Below, one piece after another: positions 47,630 through 58,500 of a stretch of DNA of 62,860 nucleotides. The notes under the pieces were generated by a model. It saw nothing but the letters and a program-made list of their open reading frames with translations, was not told the DNA's origin and did not search any database. Within the stretch, counting starts at the first letter, position 1; each line of letters begins with the position of its first letter. Made by a program: the position numbers and the translations under genes. The DNA comes from a virus (lineage: Duplodnaviria; Caudoviricetes), in the IMG/VR virus record IMGVR_UViG_3300023108_000024, positions 1 to 62,860 of that record; one strand, given 5' to 3'.

Positions 47630-50600
47630 ATGCCAATTCAAACATCTCAGCCTAAAAGTACTTATGTAAGAAAAGTAATAGTAGGTACACCTATACGTAG
47701 GGTAACGTCTGGTGCATTTTCCATATTTAATATTACAGGTGTTAATCTTACTAATTTATCAGATAATGATCTTTTACAATTTGATTCTGATACACAGACT
47801 TTTATTAATAGACAAGAGTTAAACGTATTAAAAATTGATGAGATTACTATTGATAGTGATACTATATCTCTTGCTAATGATCATCTTAATATTGAAGGTA
47901 ATGTTGATGTTACTGGCAATATTACTCTTACTGGTATAGGCAATGCTAATATTTTCAGACAAGACATTCTTGGCGCATTTAATGATTCAGACCTTACCAC
48001 AAAACACTATGTAGATGGTGAAGTTGATAAAGTTAAACATGCTATCTTTGTAACTGATGATAATTTTACTGATTCTATTTCTCTTTATGATGCAGAGACA
48101 TTTAGAATTATTGGTGGTAATTCTATTAGTACCTCTGCCACTAAAATTGGATCAGAATACAGACTTGTATTAGACGTTGATTCAACTGGTGTAACTCCTG
48201 GAGAATATGGTTCAGGAGCACAAGTTCCAGTTTTAACCGTAAATGATCAAGGGCAAGTGACCGCCATCAATACAGTTGCTGTTGCTGGTGTTACAAATCT
48301 AGAATATGATTCTTCTGACAATAGTGGTGAAATTACCATATCAACGGCTGACGGTCAAACATTTACTACAGCCGTAACACTTAGTCCGTTCTCTACAAGT
48401 GATTTAAAAGAAAGTGATAACCTTTATTATACAAGAGCAAGATTTGATTCTGCATTAGGAGACGCAACCTCTACATCTACAATTAGAGGTATGATTAGTA
48501 CTTCGGGTGACCTACAATATGATGCTAATACTGGAGTCATTTCAGTTGACATCCAACAGGTTTACACTAGTGAAGACTTTGACTCAGATCTAGATCAAGC
48601 AATTGAAAATAGTGTAAACATACATTGGTATCCTGATTCTAACTATTTTGATTTAAACGTTACAGGTGTTGATTCTGGTACATTTGGTTCAGCAACCGAG
48701 ATTCCAACATTTACTGTTGATAGATATGGTCGTCTATATGACATTACGACTACAACTGTTGCTGGTGTTGACTCAACTAGCTGGTTATCAAATTTAAATA
48801 CATTTAGAATTAATACTGCAGATGGTGGAACTTATGATCAGGTAATTGATTCATTCGGCCAAGACATTAGATTTCAAAATGATGTAAAGATTACTTTAGG
48901 ATCAACAGATGGTATAGACGTTGATCTTTATCATGATGGCAGTAATTTCTTTGTAAAAAATAATGCATCGGGCAAAGTGGAAGTATGGTCTGATCAACAA
49001 TACTTTAAGACCGGTGATGGTAATACTTTATTTGATGCCGAACGTCTTGGTGAAGGCGTAAGACTATTCTATGACAATTTGGTTAAATTCCAAACTACCG
49101 ATAGTGGTGTAAATGTATTAGGCAATATATTACCAGACCTTGATTCAACTTATGATCTTGGTTCACTTAATCGTAGATGGAAAGATCTATATCTTTCTGG
49201 TCAGTCAATATATCTCGGCTCACTTGTATTATCAGATAGTGATGGTGCCCTTGCTGTTAAAAATGCCAATGGTCAAACAGTAGATCTTGTAGCCAAGCAT
49301 GCTAGATTTGATTCAGCCTATATTTCACAATTGACGGTAGATAGTCTAAATGTTTCTCAATTACATATTGACTCTTCATTTATCAATAACTTCAACATTG
49401 TTAATATGGAAGCCAATACTGCCGAGATACAACAATTAGCAGTAGATTCAATTTCAGCTCAAACACTAAATGTTGTAACTGGTGATATTGATCAGTTTAC
49501 TACAGACTCGGCTTATGCAATTCAACTTAACGTTGTAACTGGTGATATTGATACTCTTACATCTGCCAATGCAATTCTTGATTCAGTATATGCGGGACAA
49601 CTTAATGTAGCAACTGGTGATATAGATGCATTAACATCTGCTAATGCTACAATTGATTCAGGTACTATTACTAATCTTAATGCAGTAGATGCTTTAATTG
49701 ATTCAGCACGTATAACAAATTTAAATGTTATTACCGGTGATATTGATACGGCCACATTTGGTCAAGTATCAATTGATTCCGCATATATTTCTCAATTTAA
49801 TGCTGATAGTGGTGTAATTACTAATCTTAAATCTACTTCAGCAATTGTTAATGATAATCTCTTAATTAAAGAAAATGGTTTTATTGAATTTGAACCCACT
49901 GATTACCTATCAGCACCATCATATCAAGAAGGTAGATTGTGGTATAATCAAGATGCTAAGACTCTTTACCTACAAGGTGCAAGCGACAGCCTAGATATCC
50001 TTTTAGGTGAAAGAGAATGGATTAGAGCCAGAAACAATTCTGGTACAACAATTGAAAAAGGTAAGCCTGTTTATATTACCGGAGTTCATATTCCGGGGCA
50101 TCCAATACATGGACGTCATCCTCACATAGCATTAGCAGATGCTTCTGATGTAAATAAAAAAGATGTTATAGGTCTTGCCGGTGAGACTATTGCTGATGGC
50201 TCACATGGGTATGTGGTTGTTCGTGGTGTGCTTAATGGAATAGACACATCTAATCTTACAGAAGGTGAAAGAGTACATTTAGGATTTAATACACCAGGTG
50301 CTCTTACTTCAACTGCTCCTGAATATCCAAATTATCCTATGGATGTTGGTACTTGTCTAACTGCAGATTCTGCTGGTGCTGGTGGTTCTTTATATGTTAC
50401 ATTGTATGATCATACCTTTGAAAGGTTCCGTGTAACTGGTGCTACCCGTATTGATGGTAATGTTACTATTGCGGGTAACCTACAGGTTCTTGGTACACAA
50501 ACCACTTCATCTTCAGCAGCACTAAATGTTTCTGACACATTCATTTATCTTGGGGGTGGTGATACTATTGGCGAAGCTGGTACTAACTTCCAGGGTTTAG

Positions 50601-52921
50601 GCTCAGGTGGTACGGGTCTTGATGATGCGACAATATCGGGACACTTTACCGGTGAAGCAACTACTACTTATTGGGTTAGAATTAAAACTGCAGGTGCTCA
50701 AGATGTAATTGAGTGGGCCAAAGATTCAGACTTTAGTTCTATAGAATATTTTGATTCAGCTGGCACTGGATTGACTGAATGGAATTTGTCTACCGATGGT
50801 TTAGCTGCTATGCTGGCTGGACAAGACAATCAGGTAATTACATTTGGTGCGTCTACAGGTCACACCCAAGGTGATAGATGGAAAGGTACAGCTTCTCCAA
50901 TTAACGTACAAATTGGTATTGCTGGTAACTATAATAACCCAGCTGATTCATATGCACATTCTGGTTTGTTTAGAGATGTATCTGATCAACGTTGGAAATT
51001 CTTTACGGGGTATCAACCGGAACCTGAAGGCAATATTAACACAAGCGATCCAACATTTGCACTGGCTCCTGTTCAATTTAGTATGGGTTATGGTAATCTA
51101 ACCGGTAATGTTACGGGTCAGGTATCCACTCTCCAAAACCATACTACTGATGCTCTTAATGAAGGTTCAACAAATCTTTATTATACTGATACAAGAGCAG
51201 ACAGTGACGCTAAACATGCTATTTCTGTTACGGATACTGGAGGAGATGGATCTTTAAGTTATGCTCCTACAACTGGTATTATTACATATACAGGCCCTTC
51301 CGCGGCTGAGACACAAGCTCATTTTACAGGCGGGACTGGTATTAATTATAATGCAGGTGAAATAAAAATTGACTCTGCAGAACTAGAAAGTTACTATAAA
51401 CAAGACATAAGAGGTTACTTTACTGCCAGTGGAGATCTAACATATAATAATCAAACCGGTGAATTTAGTTTTGACGTAGAACAAGTTTACACAGCAGATA
51501 ATTTTGATTCGGATTTTGGAATAGCCATTCAAACAATTGATGGTCATTTAGTTCCTGCAATCAATGAGACATACGATCTAGGGGATTCAAACTACCGTTG
51601 GAAAGATTTATATCTATCTGGAAACACAATTAATCTTGGTGGCACTCTTATATCTGTTGACTCAAATGATGGCGGAGTAAGATTCCATAATCCTGCATTC
51701 GACAGAGTGCCTATGAGAGGTCTAGAAATTGATCTAGGTGGTACTGGCCCAAAAATTACTCTTAAGAAACACAGTACGAATGGTTTACTACAAGTAGTTG
51801 ATTCTGATAATACTCAACTGAAATACGACCTATCACAACAAACTACAGATAGTTTAGGTGAAGGTTCCTTAAATCTTTATTATACAGCAACTAGGGTTGA
51901 TAGTGATATTGACGCAAGATTGGTTGGTGGTACTGGAATTACGGTAGCATCAGGTGATATTTCTATTACCAATACCACAGTCACTGCAGGTACATATGGT
52001 TCTGCATCTCAAGTGCCAGTCTTTACGGTTAATGCCCAGGGTCAATTAGATTCTGCGGGATCAGTTAGTGTTGCAGGAGTATCATCCACATCATTCGATT
52101 CTGCTACAGGTGAATTTATTATTAATACAGCCGATGGTGGCAGTTTTGCAACACTCATACTTGATTCTGACTTTACATCACAACGTGCAAGAGATGTAAT
52201 GGTAGCAGGATCTAACATTGTATATGATTCTGCATCAGGTCTAATATCACTTAATACAAATCCATCAGTTGCGGATATTACTGCTTCAGGTAGAGTTACA
52301 ATAAATGATGATAGTAATGGTTCATTTATAGTTGATAACAACACCATTCTAAGAACCTATGGTGGCAGAGATTCTGATAATGCTAATACAAACATTCCAG
52401 CATTAGTAGGCCTAGTTGATAGCTATGGTGATGATATTATTAACATTTATGTAAGATCTGGCTTTAAGACATCAGCACATCGTTATTATGGTTCAGGCTC
52501 TGCGAAAGGTTATTACATTGCCTTTGATTCAGATGATCTATATACAGCAAGAGAAATTCAAGCTCCTCATTTAGATCTTCAACCTGGTACTACATATAGA
52601 TTCCATCAAAACGATTCTTCAATGTCTACACATGACATAAGATTCTATTTTGATAATGAAAGAAATGGTTCTATTACCGACTCTGCAGCAAAAGTAATCT
52701 ATAGTGGAACAGCCGGGGATATTAATGTTGGCAATACTTGGTCTCAAATCAGAGTTCATGATTATGGACCTAGAACAATTGCATATCAATGTTTAAACCA
52801 TCCCTATATGGGCAATGCAGCTAATACAAATACAACCGGTGGAGGTAGAATTTGGTCTACGGCAGATGGTGTAAAAATAGAGGGACTTATTTACGGTACC
52901 CTTGATGGTGGTACATATTAA
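47630..52921 (+). CDS. Very long tail fibre-like protein (1763 aa) with a C-terminal cupredoxin-like module
   Basis: Fibre motifs YGSxxxVPxxTV, NLYYT and YDLGxxxxRWKDLYLSG; YQCLNHPYMG; ends LDGGTY. Confidence 0.8.
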   Translation: MPIQTSQPKSTYVRKVIVGTPIRRVTSGAFSIFNITGVNLTNLSDNDLLQFDSDTQTFINRQELNVLKIDEITIDSDTISLANDHLNIEGNVDVTGNITLTGIGNANIFRQDILGAFNDSDLTTKHYVDGEVDKVKHAIFVTDDNFTDSISLYDAETFRIIGGNSISTSATKIGSEYRLVLDVDSTGVTPGEYGSGAQVPVLTVNDQGQVTAINTVAVAGVTNLEYDSSDNSGEITISTADGQTFTTAVTLSPFSTSDLKESDNLYYTRARFDSALGDATSTSTIRGMISTSGDLQYDANTGVISVDIQQVYTSEDFDSDLDQAIENSVNIHWYPDSNYFDLNVTGVDSGTFGSATEIPTFTVDRYGRLYDITTTTVAGVDSTSWLSNLNTFRINTADGGTYDQVIDSFGQDIRFQNDVKITLGSTDGIDVDLYHDGSNFFVKNNASGKVEVWSDQQYFKTGDGNTLFDAERLGEGVRLFYDNLVKFQTTDSGVNVLGNILPDLDSTYDLGSLNRRWKDLYLSGQSIYLGSLVLSDSDGALAVKNANGQTVDLVAKHARFDSAYISQLTVDSLNVSQLHIDSSFINNFNIVNMEANTAEIQQLAVDSISAQTLNVVTGDIDQFTTDSAYAIQLNVVTGDIDTLTSANAILDSVYAGQLNVATGDIDALTSANATIDSGTITNLNAVDALIDSARITNLNVITGDIDTATFGQVSIDSAYISQFNADSGVITNLKSTSAIVNDNLLIKENGFIEFEPTDYLSAPSYQEGRLWYNQDAKTLYLQGASDSLDILLGEREWIRARNNSGTTIEKGKPVYITGVHIPGHPIHGRHPHIALADASDVNKKDVIGLAGETIADGSHGYVVVRGVLNGIDTSNLTEGERVHLGFNTPGALTSTAPEYPNYPMDVGTCLTADSAGAGGSLYVTLYDHTFERFRVTGATRIDGNVTIAGNLQVLGTQTTSSSAALNVSDTFIYLGGGDTIGEAGTNFQGLGSGGTGLDDATISGHFTGEATTTYWVRIKTAGAQDVIEWAKDSDFSSIEYFDSAGTGLTEWNLSTDGLAAMLAGQDNQVITFGASTGHTQGDRWKGTASPINVQIGIAGNYNNPADSYAHSGLFRDVSDQRWKFFTGYQPEPEGNINTSDPTFALAPVQFSMGYGNLTGNVTGQVSTLQNHTTDALNEGSTNLYYTDTRADSDAKHAISVTDTGGDGSLSYAPTTGIITYTGPSAAETQAHFTGGTGINYNAGEIKIDSAELESYYKQDIRGYFTASGDLTYNNQTGEFSFDVEQVYTADNFDSDFGIAIQTIDGHLVPAINETYDLGDSNYRWKDLYLSGNTINLGGTLISVDSNDGGVRFHNPAFDRVPMRGLEIDLGGTGPKITLKKHSTNGLLQVVDSDNTQLKYDLSQQTTDSLGEGSLNLYYTATRVDSDIDARLVGGTGITVASGDISITNTTVTAGTYGSASQVPVFTVNAQGQLDSAGSVSVAGVSSTSFDSATGEFIINTADGGSFATLILDSDFTSQRARDVMVAGSNIVYDSASGLISLNTNPSVADITASGRVTINDDSNGSFIVDNNTILRTYGGRDSDNANTNIPALVGLVDSYGDDIINIYVRSGFKTSAHRYYGSGSAKGYYIAFDSDDLYTAREIQAPHLDLQPGTTYRFHQNDSSMSTHDIRFYFDNERNGSITDSAAKVIYSGTAGDINVGNTWSQIRVHDYGPRTIAYQCLNHPYMGNAANTNTTGGGRIWSTADGVKIEGLIYGTLDGGTY

Positions 52922-52924
52922 CTA

Positions 52925-52932
52925 TATAAATA
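52925..52932 (+). promoter_or_regulatory. T4-type late promoter
   Basis: Intergenic TATAAATA. Confidence 0.8.
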
Positions 52933-52982
52933 ATGACAAGTGGGATTTTTATCCAATTAACTTACCTTTTTAGGAATTAGAT

Positions 52983-54191
52983 ATGGCAGCAAATATTAAG
53001 CTAAAGAGATCGGCTGTTGTAGGCAAGCAGCCTCAAGCAGGAGACCTAGACTATGGTGAGCTAGCTCTTAACTATAGTGATGGTATTCTCTATTATAAAA
53101 ATTCAGCAAATGTAATTAATAGTATTTCTGGTGGTGGTGCTATTACTGATAGTGATGCGCCGACTCAGTCTTTACAAGATGGATCACTTTGGTGGGATGC
53201 CACAAATGGTAAATTAAAAATTTATTATATTGATGAAGATGCTCAAACAACACCACAAACAATATCTCTTACTTCTACAGCTTCTACTAACCATGACTAT
53301 GAAATATCAGGTTCCGATAGAATCACAACACATAGTAGTGCTTTAGATCCCAACATATATCTTATTCAGGGTGACACATTACAAATCACCCAGAACTCAG
53401 GTGCCACGCATCCCATGTATTGGGTTACACAACTTAGTATTACAGACTCTTATGATGCCCAGTATAATATATCAGGTGTAACAAACCAAGGTGCTTATGG
53501 CGGAGTCGTAATTTCACATCAATTTAATACAGTTGGTACTTTTTATTACATTTGTTCATCACACCCTATGATGGTCGGCACTATTACTGTCGTGGCAGCA
53601 GAAGCTGCAGGAGCACAATGGGTTGATGCAGCGCCTGGTTCCATTGGTTATACAGGTTCTGCCGGTGCAATTTTTCAAGGGGAAACAGCTCCTGCTAATC
53701 CAACAGACGGTCAGATCTGGTACAATTCACAGACAGGTAAATCATACATTTATTACACAAATCCTGCCACTTCTCAATCTCAATGGGTATTACAAGCAGA
53801 TCCTACTGTAACCGATGGCGATACTGGATATTCTGGATCAAGAGGTTATACAGGATCACAGGGTGCTTTAGCACCAAGATTTATCTCTATTTCTTCACCC
53901 ACCGCAAATAATAATAGAACTCTTATGTATGTTCATACAGCGATTACAGTAACAGCCGCACGAGCCGCTATTGTGAATGGTACAAACGTGACTTATAATC
54001 TTTATTTTAACAGTAGTCGCAGTGGCACTGGCACACAAATCTGTGGAGAAACTACAACAAGCACTACCACAGGATCAACACCAACGATTGCAAATGCATC
54101 AGTACCTGCAGGTAGCTGGATCTGGGTTGAGATAACTGGTGTAACTGGATCGGTAGATGAATTTAATTTAAGTATAGACTTTACAGGGTAA
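52983..54191 (+). CDS. Fibre-associated protein with a cupredoxin-like domain and short GYTGS collagen segments
   Basis: IKLKRS...GELALNYSDG.LYYK N-terminus; THPMYW...YYICSSHPMMVG; GYTGS. Confidence 0.75.
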   Translation: MAANIKLKRSAVVGKQPQAGDLDYGELALNYSDGILYYKNSANVINSISGGGAITDSDAPTQSLQDGSLWWDATNGKLKIYYIDEDAQTTPQTISLTSTASTNHDYEISGSDRITTHSSALDPNIYLIQGDTLQITQNSGATHPMYWVTQLSITDSYDAQYNISGVTNQGAYGGVVISHQFNTVGTFYYICSSHPMMVGTITVVAAEAAGAQWVDAAPGSIGYTGSAGAIFQGETAPANPTDGQIWYNSQTGKSYIYYTNPATSQSQWVLQADPTVTDGDTGYSGSRGYTGSQGALAPRFISISSPTANNNRTLMYVHTAITVTAARAAIVNGTNVTYNLYFNSSRSGTGTQICGETTTSTTTGSTPTIANASVPAGSWIWVEITGVTGSVDEFNLSIDFTG

Positions 54192-54196
54192 TTGAT

Positions 54197-55168
54197 ATGG
54201 CAGCTTTAACATTTCCATCTAATCCAACTCACTTAGACCTCTATACTGATCCTAACCAAGCCAAATGGCAGTGGGATAGTGATAATACTGTTTGGAATGT
54301 AATAACATCAACAACTAGAAAAAACTTTAGTGGAGTAAAAAGAAATATTATTAATACTGATTTTTCTGTTACTAACTCCTATCTTCCAATAGAATTTGAA
54401 GTTTCCCAATATGAGGTTGATAATTATTTTATAAACAGTGATACTACCGCAACAGCACCATCAACCGGATATTATAGAATTATATCAAATATATTTGCAG
54501 GTACAGAAGGTTCTGGTGCATCCTATACGGTAGAACTAAGAAAAAACAATGTTGAATTGTATATGATTCAGTTTGGTCCTAATCAATCTGTAACAATTGA
54601 TGAAACACTTAGTCTGGTTGCCGGTGATTATATTAATCTTTATGTAAAAGAAAATGTTGGCGTAGGTACATTGCTTGCTGCAAGTACATTTACTATGTAT
54701 AGATTGGGTTATTCTCCGGGCACTGGTATAAGTAATCACAATGCGTTTAGTGGTGTTAAAACTATAATTACTCAACCGTTTAATACAACCTCGACATTAA
54801 CTCCAATATCTTGGGGTACGACTGATTTTAATGCCAATGCTAACGTTCTTGGTGACCTTTATTGGTATTCGGCGGTGCAAGAAAGAATTACGGCAAGAAC
54901 AACAGGATATTATAGTTGTAAGGTTTTTGCACAATCTGGAACAGCAGGTTCTGGAAACTCTTATACAGTTACCTTAAAGAAAAATAGAAATCTCCCCAGT
55001 GAAACTGATTTATTTACAATATCTATTAGTCCAAATGATTTTGTACAATTGGATGAAACTCTTTATTTGCTTGAGGATGATTTTTTAGAATTAATGGTAT
55101 CTAATAGTGATAACACAGGTAGTTTTACTACCGATACATATTTAGAAATCGTCAGAGAAGGAGTATAG
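54197..55168 (+). CDS. Virion protein with two C1q/TNF-like jelly-roll domains
   Basis: MAALTFPSNP N-terminus; duplicated FSGVK...TGYY...LxKN..LDETL.L...D units. Confidence 0.6.
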   Translation: MAALTFPSNPTHLDLYTDPNQAKWQWDSDNTVWNVITSTTRKNFSGVKRNIINTDFSVTNSYLPIEFEVSQYEVDNYFINSDTTATAPSTGYYRIISNIFAGTEGSGASYTVELRKNNVELYMIQFGPNQSVTIDETLSLVAGDYINLYVKENVGVGTLLAASTFTMYRLGYSPGTGISNHNAFSGVKTIITQPFNTTSTLTPISWGTTDFNANANVLGDLYWYSAVQERITARTTGYYSCKVFAQSGTAGSGNSYTVTLKKNRNLPSETDLFTISISPNDFVQLDETLYLLEDDFLELMVSNSDNTGSFTTDTYLEIVREGV

Positions 55169-55171
55169 TAA

Positions 55172-55540
55172 ATGGCGTTTGTTAAATCAACTAGTACACT
55201 ATCTGCTGATGCCGTTACAGTACCAAACCTATCAGGCGGTGATAATGGTAAGATAGTAAGAATGACCGGATCTAACACAACAGTTAATGCATTAAATACA
55301 GATACTGTAACACAACTTATGGCCGTATTGTGTAAAATGGGTGATGAATATTATGCAGCAGGTGTTGTTTCTGGATTTACAGGACTCACACCCGGCGCGC
55401 CATACTTTTTGGATGCAACTGGTGGTATTATATCATCACCGCCCACACCAAGTGCAAGTACAAGAGCCTTGTATATTGGTTTTGCTACTAACTCAACAGA
55501 TATCGTCTTTAGACCAGGAATTCCAGTTTCAGGAACTTAA
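55172..55540 (+). CDS. Small virion protein
   Basis: GVVSGFTGLTPGAPYFL...IGFATNST (capsid-cement/fibre-like motif). Confidence 0.6.
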   Translation: MAFVKSTSTLSADAVTVPNLSGGDNGKIVRMTGSNTTVNALNTDTVTQLMAVLCKMGDEYYAAGVVSGFTGLTPGAPYFLDATGGIISSPPTPSASTRALYIGFATNSTDIVFRPGIPVSGT

Positions 55541-55543
55541 TAT

Positions 55544-58500
55544 ATGACTATTGCCAATCTAACACAGCATTATACTTTAGTAGACTCAGATTTTTTGGGT
55601 TTACCAGTTATGCATCATATATCTAATGATGGATATTGGTATACCTATCATCCATCTGATCTTACTAATAATGCTACACTTACAGGTAATGCTATATCAC
55701 CCTACCAATGGGATTCTGCACTAGATATTGCAACAGCTTCTGCACTATCAGGTGAACCTGAAAAAATGGCATTAGATGGTACCATTGCATTTATTGATGA
55801 AACACATAATGGATCATCATTAAGATATCATGGAGGCTGTATTCAAAATATCGGAACAGGCGTTAATGATATTACCAATATTAATGAACAAGACGCGTTT
55901 TTCTTTGGACATATTGGTACATGGGGTGATGATGGTACCCAAAATGGTGGTTTGTTAGAAGATGATGCTTTTTATTGGGATAGGGCTTATCATACATCTG
56001 CAGGAGCAGATTGGGAATTTTATCAATACCACAAACACCTTCCTTCCAACTACGCTCAGTTTGATGACGGCAGATTAGTTTGGGATGCTGATGGATATAT
56101 TAGACCTGCTGATAAACAGTATGGTTATCTAATTACTATCCGAGCTACATCAGGCGGTTCTTCTTATAATGTTCCACTTGCACGTATCCACACGCCATCA
56201 GTAGGTGGTGCACATAACTCACACAATGATGTTACTTTGCCATCAACCGCTGGTATTAACTATCTTGCCGGTGGTATTTTAAAAGGATCATCAAATAGAT
56301 TCCATGCTTTTTATATGGATTCCTCATCAACAGATGGTGAATGGAATGTGTATTCAAGAACCTATACATCATCTTCAGGTTCGTTTACTCCTCAGGTTAA
56401 TTATGGATCATTTGATCTAGCAACTCCTACATTTGTGCCATATCCTGGTGGTAATGCTCAAGCTGAAGGTATTATGAGTCAATATCCAATGAGGGTATCA
56501 GCAGGTCATACATTTGGTTCTTATGTATACTGGCCGACAATTATGAAGGCAGAAGTTATTGACTTTGGCGATCTAGTTGTTACTGCAAATGGTGGTAACC
56601 TTTATCAATTAAATGGTACGGACAGACAAGCCCCAGGTACACTTGATGGTGTGGCTAACCATCCGACTGTAAGATTAAAAGTTGGAGATACCGCAAGATG
56701 GGCATTTGCAAATTCTGGTGATGCATCTACACATCCACTTTATATTAAGACAAACAATCAAACGAACACGACTGGTCAGGCTGCGGGTGCTTCAGGGCAT
56801 GGTACACAGTATATTACCTTTACACCACAAACAGCAGGTACATATTATTATGTCTGTGTTGTACATAGTGGTATGTATGGTACTATTATTGTTGAAGATA
56901 TAGATGATACTTATGATACTCAGATTTGGCGCGTAACGGATGCTAATACTATTTCACCTGGTACTTTAACACGTATCAATATGCCATGGAATTTTAGAAG
57001 TACACCGGAACGTCCTGATGTCTTAATAACAAGTGTTGGTACAAAGTTATATGTAGCTGGTACTGGATCTTTAAGAGGTGGTGCCGATCTCTACAGCGCC
57101 GAAACTTTGATTGATTCTACTGGATCACTATATGATGAAGGACAAATTGTCACTAATACTGTTGCTAATGATTTAAGAATTCATGGCTTTAAATACAATG
57201 CTACCAACACTAAGTTCTACACACTATTAAGTGGTACTCAAGGTACTGGTACATATTCTGGAAAGGGTCTTTATAGTTTTGATCTTGCTGGTGGGTCGTT
57301 TGCAGGTTATGATCATTTAGATTATGATGTAGCTACAGGAAGTTTTATTACTAAAGGGCCTAATACATCTGGGCATATTCAATATACTCACTCAAATGCA
57401 GAATTTGTAAAAAAGACAACTTCCGAACCTGAGGGTATTACACAAGGCACTTCTATTCTACAATACGATGTTGCTTCCCCGATATTCTTTAATAAAAAAG
57501 AAATTAATACAGGCGCAGAGGAATATTATTATCAAGGTATCTATCTTTCTGATGGTCGCAAATGTCTAGTGGGGCGTGTTGAAGATAATGTGCAAAATAC
57601 TGGCCTTGGTGGTGATCTATTATTAACTATTATTGATAACGAAAACAACTCAATTAGCTATACATACACAGCTGAAGGTGATGATTATATTACAGGTGTT
57701 ATCGAAGATGTGGAAAATAACTCCTTAATATTATCTGGATACGCAAAGGGCGAATTGACTAGTAAAGGTTCACAATTGGTTCATGGATGGGGCAGAAACC
57801 TTAAAGAAACCGCTGATTCGGCTGATATGTCATTTACAAGTTTGTTTAAAACTAATGATAATGGATTTAAACTTGTAGGCAATGATGTAAGAATTAAATC
57901 ACCGTTTTTGGCTACTTATGATGAGAATTATAACTATACTGGTGCAAAATATTTTTCATTGGGGTTTGACTCTGATGAAATACATACTGTAACCCCACTC
58001 GCAAATCATAAAGATTATATTGTATCAGGATGGACAAAGAATGGCACGTTGTATAAAAATGGTTATCTTGCAAGACTTGATTCAGCAGATAATGTAATCT
58101 GGTCAAAGCGGTTTGGAGTAAGCAATAACTACAGTGAAATTACAAGCCATGCAGTAATAAATAATAATGGAATTGATAACATTGTAACATTTTTAACAAA
58201 TGAAACTAATGATGACTCCTCTAGGGGAGCTGGTATTTTATCAGTTATTAATGCTGCTAATGGCGATATTGCGACTTCTAAACTTATGCAGTTTTCAAAC
58301 GCCGATTTTCATATTAATAGAATAAGACCAGGTAGACCAAATACAGGTGAGTTTTTATTTGCAGGATCTGATAAAACTGGTAATTATAGAGCACCTAGTT
58401 GGGGTATTGGTAATGTTAATTCTAGTACTTTAGTTGATTATGTAAGACATCATTCTTGGGCAAGTACATCTGTTGCAGATGCTCAGATCCGTTCAATTGA

